Source: a virus (Duplodnaviria; Caudoviricetes). Taken from it: 64,000 bases of DNA. The stretch covers positions 1,991 to 65,990 of the IMG/VR virus record IMGVR_UViG_3300031974_004051, one strand, 5' to 3'. The notes below the pieces were generated by a model, which saw only the letters and a program-made list of their open reading frames with translations, ran no database searches and was not told where the DNA came from. Shown in pieces: positions 57,183 through 64,000 of this stretch (the stretch's first letter is position 1; every line of letters starts with the position of its first letter). The position numbers and the translations under genes are program-made.

Positions 57183-58530
57183 AGATCCCATAAATTTGGA
57201 AAAGACATTTTTCAAAATCTAAACACGCATGAGGGTAGACCCCCACACTAACTAATGAATGTATTTTTTGGTAGAACTCAATCGGATGTTTCTTTATTAA
57301 CCTTCTACTGATGATGTGTTGTGCCCCAGGTACATTGTAGGATGGGAAACTAATACTAATACCCATAGTTTCACCAAAAGATCTCATTTCATTATCAATA
57401 CCCTCATACTCCATATTATATCTACTTATATTCCCCAATGGTAAAAATTCTTGTTTAAAATCAAATTTATTTATTTGATCAACCACATTATGACAATGGT
57501 CAAAGGGGTTTCCTTGTACAAATGCCATGTAATTAGGTAAATTATCGTAGTTATCTATAATATATGTGAGAAATGTATGTGTTTCTCTCCCCACATTTGG
57601 TAGGTTGTGTTCAAAATGATCACTATCAGATTCATTTTTATTATACACTATATGATCGTGTTTTAAGTATGCTGTCCAACTTATATCCTCATTGTATTTC
57701 GCAACAATGACTTTTAAATTTTTGTCACTCGTAAATAAATCGATGTATTCTCTCCACCCACATTGAATCAAATTGTATTTCTCAGGATCTCTAAGGTATA
57801 GAAAATCAAACATCTTTTCGTCACTACCTACGTATCCGTTATTGATCGACTGATTAACAACATCTTCAAATTCCACACAAACTTTTTCTACACAACTTTT
57901 AGGTACAAATACAGAACCCCCCTGTATGTACCTCATTTGAGATAATGCGTGTTGTTCGTAATATTCCTCACCAACCCTAACATAGGGATGGTGACAAAAG
58001 AAAGTTACTTTCTTATTATCTAATTCATTAATTTTTTGAGTATCTGGCCAACTGATACCTAATTCAGGTTTATCATTTCTGAGTACACCCGCGTCTGCCC
58101 ATACAAATAAATCAGTATTAAATAGATTTCTTTTATGTGCATCTAAAATGTAATATAATTTGGAAAACATAACCACATTGTAAAGTGGTTTAGTCATCTC
58201 AGGGACTTGGAATTGAATCTTTGATTTGAATTCTTCGCTCGACATTAGAGTATTAAGAGGGTTGAAGAATTTTTTATATCCTAAAATATTCTCTAAAGGT
58301 TCAATCACAATAATTGTCTTCTCTAAATCGGGGTCAACTTCTTTTCTAAATTCAATAATTTGTTTTTTGAATTTATCTTCGGTATAGATAACCATGTTAG
58401 TATCTAAAAACAATATGTTCCTCATCCACATAAGATAAGTGTGGTAAGACATAGTGAAATTATCCCAATTATCTCTACCAATATCAAATATTGCCGTTAC
58501 AATTGTTGTGTTTTTTATATCCATGCCCAA
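57172..58530 (-). CDS. HtrL/WlaTC-like glycosyltransferase fused to a DUF3431-like domain
   Basis: TIVTAIFDIGR, WADAG; C-terminal VAKYNEDISW, LPNVGRETHTFL, FVQGNPFDH. Confidence 0.75.
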   Translation of the reverse strand: MGMDIKNTTIVTAIFDIGRDNWDNFTMSYHTYLMWMRNILFLDTNMVIYTEDKFKKQIIEFRKEVDPDLEKTIIVIEPLENILGYKKFFNPLNTLMSSEEFKSKIQFQVPEMTKPLYNVVMFSKLYYILDAHKRNLFNTDLFVWADAGVLRNDKPELGISWPDTQKINELDNKKVTFFCHHPYVRVGEEYYEQHALSQMRYIQGGSVFVPKSCVEKVCVEFEDVVNQSINNGYVGSDEKMFDFLYLRDPEKYNLIQCGWREYIDLFTSDKNLKVIVAKYNEDISWTAYLKHDHIVYNKNESDSDHFEHNLPNVGRETHTFLTYIIDNYDNLPNYMAFVQGNPFDHCHNVVDQINKFDFKQEFLPLGNISRYNMEYEGIDNEMRSFGETMGISISFPSYNVPGAQHIISRRLIKKHPIEFYQKIHSLVSVGVYPHACLDFEKCLFQIYGIYDL

Positions 58531-59276
58531 TCAACCACTATATTCTTATGCCAAATTCTATTGTTTTCAAAATCGAACAGATTTGATGTATCTTCCGATG
58601 TTATCAGACTACTAATTTTCATACCATGTAAATTAAGTACAGTCGGTACGAAACCCTCACCATACCCATGATAACCCTCATTGTTTAACTCAACAAGTTT
58701 CTTCATCGCTCGATTAGAATATCGGACTGTTGGGAAAAAGGATCCAAACCACTCAGTGACCTCACTCGGTAATGTGTCACCATCACCAGGAAACCTCTCT
58801 AACCACATGTGTGAAGATGTTGTTCTACCATCAATAACAGGGACATTTGGTTGACTCTCAACACCAGGTTTTTTAAAAACAAAATAAGATATGAAATCTG
58901 AATCATCCTCATCAGTTTGTGACAAAAACTGATTCCAATCATCTATCCTAACATCATCGTCAAAAAACCAATAGTATTCATAATTAGGATTCGATAAATA
59001 AAAATTTATCATTCTTAAATGTGCGTGGAACCATATGATGTTTCGATTACCTTGACTATTCCAATAATGTTTTTTACTAACCTCGTGTGGGAAGTTTAAA
59101 TTATCCCTAACATCTTTTTCAGTGTATGTAAAACCCTTCTCAAATGATTGGTCTCTTGTGATGTCGATAATTAAATCTTTATCATAACCCTCTTTAGTAA
59201 TTAATGGTAACCATTCCTCATCCAATTTATTGTGTTGGTGAGAAACTGTACACATACAAGCAATTCTTTTATTCAT
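58515..59276 (-). CDS. glycosyltransferase-like protein
   Basis: YEYYWFFDDDV, FFPTVRYS; located in the glycan cluster. Confidence 0.6.
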   Translation of the reverse strand: MNKRIACMCTVSHQHNKLDEEWLPLITKEGYDKDLIIDITRDQSFEKGFTYTEKDVRDNLNFPHEVSKKHYWNSQGNRNIIWFHAHLRMINFYLSNPNYEYYWFFDDDVRIDDWNQFLSQTDEDDSDFISYFVFKKPGVESQPNVPVIDGRTTSSHMWLERFPGDGDTLPSEVTEWFGSFFPTVRYSNRAMKKLVELNNEGYHGYGEGFVPTVLNLHGMKISSLITSEDTSNLFDFENNRIWHKNIVVDWAWI

Positions 59277-60096
59277 ATTCTTTAGTCAAAATTTCTTTCC
59301 ATTCTTCAATCCTATTGAATTGGTGAACCATACAGTATTTATTATTTGTTCTACTATTATAGACACAACCATCCTCTTTTAATTCGGGAATTCCATATCC
59401 TTTGTTGAGAATGTTGTTTTTCATTCCCCAACCCTCAAAAAATTGTGTTGGTCCTGATGTCGCACAATGCATCGCCCAACCCTCATCCAAGTCAAAAATT
59501 CTTAAATTTTCAATCCAATTGTCTTTTACTAAAACAATTAGTGCCGCTTGATCTTTTATGTTGTGACCGTCTTCACTATTCTCACACATTTCATACATTT
59601 TATCATATAATTTGATAAATGCGTCTTTTTTACCCGCCATAATTCCCGAACATACAATTTCAGTTTCCATACAAGAGTTAACTTCATTTGGGAATGTTTT
59701 TCTTAGTACATCTGCATTCCACGGCTCTTCCCTAACTAAAATACCTTCTCTACTAAACCAAATGTCGTAGTTATCGGTATCTAATTTTTCAAAAGGGTCT
59801 GAATGAAAGAGAACATCGAACACATCTGTTGCCAAAAATAAATCAGCGTCGTAGGACTCAATGAAATTTTTGGTGTGTATTAATCTCTGATGATTTATTC
59901 TCCAAGTGTCGGTCTCAGTTACCTCAACATAATCAATATTAAGATCGGATAAAACCTGTCTATCATCATCGGTAGCATTGGCGGCGATGAGTACAATGTC
60001 AGCATCGGAGTGTTTTCTAAAACTCTCAACCCACCATTTAATTTTACCTTTGTGGTCGGATATATTATTACAAAATCCTGTTAATACTTTTTTCAT
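59269..60096 (-). CDS. glycosyltransferase-like protein
   Basis: TDVFDVLF..DPF, CSG..AG, DQAAL, VHQFNR. Confidence 0.7.
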   Translation of the reverse strand: MKKVLTGFCNNISDHKGKIKWWVESFRKHSDADIVLIAANATDDDRQVLSDLNIDYVEVTETDTWRINHQRLIHTKNFIESYDADLFLATDVFDVLFHSDPFEKLDTDNYDIWFSREGILVREEPWNADVLRKTFPNEVNSCMETEIVCSGIMAGKKDAFIKLYDKMYEMCENSEDGHNIKDQAALIVLVKDNWIENLRIFDLDEGWAMHCATSGPTQFFEGWGMKNNILNKGYGIPELKEDGCVYNSRTNNKYCMVHQFNRIEEWKEILTKEYE

Positions 60097-61349
60097 AGTT
60101 GTCCTTCTAATTTTTCTAACCAACCATTAGTCTTTGAATGTGGCCAAACAATCCACTTGGTTGGTTTCTCCTCTACTTGGAACTCTCTCCAAATTTTTAT
60201 AAAATCATCTTTAGTAGATAAGTATCCTTTTATTTGTGCTTCATTAGCGTCAGTTCTATTAATTGTTTCACCTCTATCATTTTCGAATATCACCGCCCAA
60301 AAATCATAGTCTTCATCCTCTTTTAGTCCTCCTCTGTGTAAGTCAATACAGTGTTTAAATATGGACATGAATGATTGTTCCAATTCCTCACCATATAACG
60401 GTGGGTTTGGTGCAAAGTTATTATCTAACGTATATTTCTGAACCGCCCTCTTTTTAAATGATACCCCCGCATATCTTTCATAATCCTCTAAAGTTCTAAC
60501 AGTACCAAAATCGTAAATACCAAAATCAATATCTTTTTCAAGACCATCCATTTCAAATAGTTTTCTATTTCTTAAATGTGAATCGGTATTTTTTACGTGC
60601 CATGATTTATCGTCATCCCATTGTTTTGTTCTACCCTTTCTTGTGTATTCGTGCCACGCAATAATTTTATGTGGGTGGAAAAGATCATAACCGTGGGTAT
60701 AAGCTCTAACCGCGATACTAATCTCCTCACCATGAAAATAATATTCAGGATCATGAGGAACCTCCACCACAAAAGAACCTAAACTAAACGTAAAATGGGC
60801 AGAATAAAACCTTGCGGGTATTGGTTCGGTACGAGTTTCCCAATCAGGTATTGTTGCTGGTAGAAAGAATATAGCACCTTCAGGAATAAATCTATCAAAG
60901 TTCATTAACCACGGAACTTGAGTTCTCCCCTTAGGGTCGGTTTCAGGATTATATGAAGAAATATAAGAAGTCAGTAATGGTTTTTCATGTCCCTTTGTTC
61001 TTAAATCCTCTAACATGTTTATCAACTCGGTATCCCAACCCTCAATAAATCTATGATGTGAATCTAATTGAAGTGTGTATTGTTCACCATCATACTGTTG
61101 TTGTAGGGTATTTCTCGCCCAACAAGCACCTTTTGATTCTGTGTAATCAACATCGATTATTTTAAACCTTGAATCGTCCTTAAACTCATCAAGATTATCC
61201 CATTCGTCATCTTTTGAATGTTGCCAACAAATACTAAACACAAGGTTATCAGGATTATCAGACTTTTCAATACAATCACGTAGTGTGGGGATTAACTCAG
61301 GGTCTCTATAAGACGCTATCTGAATAAATATTTTTTTGTTTTCTTCCAT
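60093..61349 (-). CDS. GT60-like (Skp1-type) GlcNAc transferase
   Basis: IFIQIASYRDPEL, GACWAR, LQLDSHHRF, FHGEEI...RAYTHGYD. Confidence 0.85.
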   Translation of the reverse strand: MEENKKIFIQIASYRDPELIPTLRDCIEKSDNPDNLVFSICWQHSKDDEWDNLDEFKDDSRFKIIDVDYTESKGACWARNTLQQQYDGEQYTLQLDSHHRFIEGWDTELINMLEDLRTKGHEKPLLTSYISSYNPETDPKGRTQVPWLMNFDRFIPEGAIFFLPATIPDWETRTEPIPARFYSAHFTFSLGSFVVEVPHDPEYYFHGEEISIAVRAYTHGYDLFHPHKIIAWHEYTRKGRTKQWDDDKSWHVKNTDSHLRNRKLFEMDGLEKDIDFGIYDFGTVRTLEDYERYAGVSFKKRAVQKYTLDNNFAPNPPLYGEELEQSFMSIFKHCIDLHRGGLKEDEDYDFWAVIFENDRGETINRTDANEAQIKGYLSTKDDFIKIWREFQVEEKPTKWIVWPHSKTNGWLEKLEGQL

Positions 61350-61442
61350 TATACATTAAGTATTCTTTTTATGTGAATATTTGATATATCACTTGTAAAG
61401 AATATAAATAAAATATAGTTTTTTATAAAGTCTTATGGGGGG

Positions 61443-61473
61443 TTGACTTACTAAAATATTTCCTGTATATTTT
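61443..61473 (+). promoter_or_regulatory. sigmaA-type promoter
   Basis: TTG-N20-TATATTTT. Confidence 0.55.
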
Positions 61474-61477
61474 ATTT

Positions 61478-61843
61478 ATGTCATTCGATGATTCATATAA
61501 AACCCCACAAATAGTAGAACACCATTTATCTGCTATAATTGGTGGTTTAGAGGAATCTCAATTCTTCACTGATTTCGGTATAAATGATACATTTGCTAGA
61601 AAAGTATTCACACAACTACTCATGGAGATTTATGTTAATGATCCTTCAATGGATCAACAAGATTTCTTTTGGAGTGAGGAAGAATTTGAAGAAACCCTAC
61701 AGAAAATTATAACAGGATCTATTATGTATGAATTAAAAGAAGAAGGTATTTTAAATTCATATGAAGATGAAAATACCACCGAAACTTTCTTTCTCACAAA
61801 AAAAGGTAAGGGAGTTGTAAAAGGATTAAAAAACCTACCTTAA
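61478..61843 (+). CDS. hypothetical protein (winged-helix-like C-terminus)
   Basis: L.EEG.L......FFLTKKG. Confidence 0.6.
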   Translation: MSFDDSYKTPQIVEHHLSAIIGGLEESQFFTDFGINDTFARKVFTQLLMEIYVNDPSMDQQDFFWSEEEFEETLQKIITGSIMYELKEEGILNSYEDENTTETFFLTKKGKGVVKGLKNLP

Positions 61844-61862
61844 TTTTTAAAAACACAGACAT

Positions 61863-62894
61863 ATGTTATTTGATTTTGATGATCTTTTGATCCAACCTGC
61901 GGGTCTGAGTTCAATCCGATCTCGTTCTGAGACGTACCCTTATTATGGAAATGATTTACCATTAATGACCGCACCAATGGATACAGTTGTTGATGGAAAA
62001 AACCATCATTACTTCACTAATTTAGGTATAAAGGTGGTTTTTCCCCGCATTAACCAACCTGATAATACTCATATAAGTTACGATCATTTCCTATCCTATA
62101 GTCTTACTGATTTCGATCGATTATTCTTAGAAAACACTATCGAGATTCCCCAAGACCACCAAGTTTATGCTCTAATAGATATTGCGAATGGACATATGGA
62201 AGATCTATTTAAAAGTACAAAAAGAGGTAAAGAAAAATATGGTGACCAACTTGTACTTATGGTTGGTAATATTGCAAATCCCACAACATTTTACCAATAT
62301 TGTTTAACGGGTGTCGATTATATTAGAATCGGTATTGGAAATGGTGGTGGTTGTTTAACCACAGTCCAAACGGGTGTCGGGTATCCAATGGCTAGTTTGA
62401 TTGATGAGTGTAATAAAATAAGAAGAAGAAATACCCACATTAAAACTAAAATCGTTGCCGATGGTGGGTTTAAGAAATATTCCGATGTTGTTAAAGCACT
62501 TGCATTAGGTGCGGATTATATCATGTTAGGTTCCATCTTTAATAAAGCATTAGAGAGTTGTGGGGAAACAACAATTGAAAACGGAGATATAATTGATCAA
62601 TATTCTCAAGACGCATTGAATCGTTTTAATGTCGATATCCCACTCTATAAAGTTTTCAGAGGTATGAGTACCAAAGAAGTTCAAAAATCGTGGGGTAAAG
62701 AAGAATTAAAGACTTCTGAAGGTGTTGTAAGAAAACATAAAGTAGAATACACACTTAAAGGGTGGGTTGATAACTTCACCTCATATCTTAAATCTGCAAT
62801 GAGTTATACCGATAATAGGAAACTCACCGACTTTATTGGTGGTGTAGAGTATAATTTAATTTCCCAAAAATCTTTTGATAGATTTAATAAGTGA
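61863..62894 (+). CDS. IMP dehydrogenase / GMP reductase family protein
   Basis: FDDLLI.P, APMDTV, DIANGH, GIGNGGGCLT, ADGG, KALALGAD, FRGMS, SEG. Confidence 0.9.
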   Translation: MLFDFDDLLIQPAGLSSIRSRSETYPYYGNDLPLMTAPMDTVVDGKNHHYFTNLGIKVVFPRINQPDNTHISYDHFLSYSLTDFDRLFLENTIEIPQDHQVYALIDIANGHMEDLFKSTKRGKEKYGDQLVLMVGNIANPTTFYQYCLTGVDYIRIGIGNGGGCLTTVQTGVGYPMASLIDECNKIRRRNTHIKTKIVADGGFKKYSDVVKALALGADYIMLGSIFNKALESCGETTIENGDIIDQYSQDALNRFNVDIPLYKVFRGMSTKEVQKSWGKEELKTSEGVVRKHKVEYTLKGWVDNFTSYLKSAMSYTDNRKLTDFIGGVEYNLISQKSFDRFNK

Positions 62895-63131
62895 TTAACC
62901 GATATTAAATCCTTTATCGTCCGCAGTAAAATCCTTATCTCTCTTCATACCATCTTTGATGTATGATCTAATTAATTTAGAGACTGTCATATTTTTCTTG
63001 TCGGCAACCTTTTCGATCTCTTTGAAATATGCGGGTACAATTCTAAAAGACAACATTTGTATTAGTTGTTGATTTTTAGGTTTGTCTGAACCTTGTGGTT
63101 TCTTTGGTTCTTTTGATTTTTTAGATGCCAT
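62895..63131 (-). CDS. ribbon-helix-helix DNA-binding protein
   Basis: MLSFRI....KEIEKVA....MTVSKLIRSYI. Confidence 0.7.
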   Translation of the reverse strand: MASKKSKEPKKPQGSDKPKNQQLIQMLSFRIVPAYFKEIEKVADKKNMTVSKLIRSYIKDGMKRDKDFTADDKGFNIG

Positions 63132-63164
63132 ATATCTTTGTTTTATAATAAATATTTAAAACTT

Positions 63165-63944
63165 TTAAATAAGTCCGTCGTCTTTAAATTTGTTGAGTAT
63201 AATATCTGATATGATTTTATTACCTGAAATGGATAGATGGAAATCAACATAATAACCATCTGTCTCATCAACTATCTGCATTTTATTTTTAACAGCCCAT
63301 TCACCCATACTTTCAAGTATAAAATTCGGTAAGGTTTTCAATTGTTTATCCCAAGGTAGAAAGTATATTGGAATATCATTTTGATTACTGTACGAATATA
63401 ACAATTCGGACACCATACTAAGTTTTTGTTCTTCGTAATTTATGTTCGTATAGTGTAACAAAGAATCCAAATAATGTTTCTTTAAATTATCTAGTTCCTT
63501 ATCATAAAGATGATCGGCAATAGTACCCTTATCATTTTCATCAAAAATGTTTACTTGGTTAAAGTCATTCAAACCTTGTAACCTGTAAAATTTATGAGTT
63601 CTCTCATCCCAATAATATTTCCTTACGGGAAACGACCATTGTACAATGTGTATTGTTTTTGGGGTTGATATATTAGACCATAAATCATAAAGTATTTTCT
63701 CATTATTATTAGCGGTGGTCGAAAAATTCATCATGTCACAACCTAATTTATCCGAAATAATATTAGAGAATCTAAACGAGTTGGAGAATTCTAATGCGGT
63801 CGATGGTTCGTTACTAACCTTAGTACCGTTTTGTTTGTTATACCACTCAATGTAAGAATGATTGTTGAGTCCTCCACCATCAGAAAAACTACAACCGTAA
63901 AAGTATATTTGATTATGATATTTTAAGGAGTCTGTATGTTCCAA
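63165..63944 (-). CDS. SGNH-hydrolase-like protein
   Basis: GCSFSDG, VQWS, D.HLS..GN. Confidence 0.6.
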   Translation of the reverse strand: MEHTDSLKYHNQIYFYGCSFSDGGGLNNHSYIEWYNKQNGTKVSNEPSTALEFSNSFRFSNIISDKLGCDMMNFSTTANNNEKILYDLWSNISTPKTIHIVQWSFPVRKYYWDERTHKFYRLQGLNDFNQVNIFDENDKGTIADHLYDKELDNLKKHYLDSLLHYTNINYEEQKLSMVSELLYSYSNQNDIPIYFLPWDKQLKTLPNFILESMGEWAVKNKMQIVDETDGYYVDFHLSISGNKIISDIILNKFKDDGLI

Positions 63945-64000
63945 CCTACTTGTCTTTATCAGTTTTTTTTCTTATATTTTATATAAATAGTAAAAGTAAA

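Noticed and set aside
1-64000. Stop-codon reassignment as in some Bacteroidota jumbo phages
   Set aside because: Core genes are full length in code 11, TAG and TGA end genes at plausible positions, and no suppressor tRNA is seen.

Overview
AT-rich 64 kb segment of a large T4-like (myovirus) phage genome in the standard genetic code. The host is probably Bacteroidota: TTG-N20-TAnnTTT(G) promoters, Gln at +1 after signal peptides, a Bacteroidia-type bS21 and a DUF4494-like gene all point that way. The window holds the head module (terminase, portal, prohead protease, scaffold, major capsid) with an inverted rpsU inside it. It also carries a gp55-like sigma factor, baseplate-like genes, nucleotide metabolism genes (dUTPase, dCMP deaminase, PhoH, IMPDH/GMPR), Hsp20 and an N-terminally truncated ClpC, lysis genes, four tRNAs, a tmRNA and two glycosylation clusters. 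The most unusual items are: (1) a ~9 kb operon of exported proteins (CsgG-like proteins, beta-barrels, two cohesin/dockerin-like paralogues, each followed by a stand-alone T9SS-CTD-like lipoprotein); (2) two ~100-nt promoter-terminator units 5.5 kb apart whose RNAs are complementary, one of them a predicted non-stop mRNA beside the tmRNA gene; (3) a protein gene enclosed by an rRNA-like boxA processing stem after tRNA-Glu; (4) a recurring TATTTAT(A/T) promoter box that often sits 3-4 nt before the ATG. All family calls were made by eye from motifs; no database searches were run.
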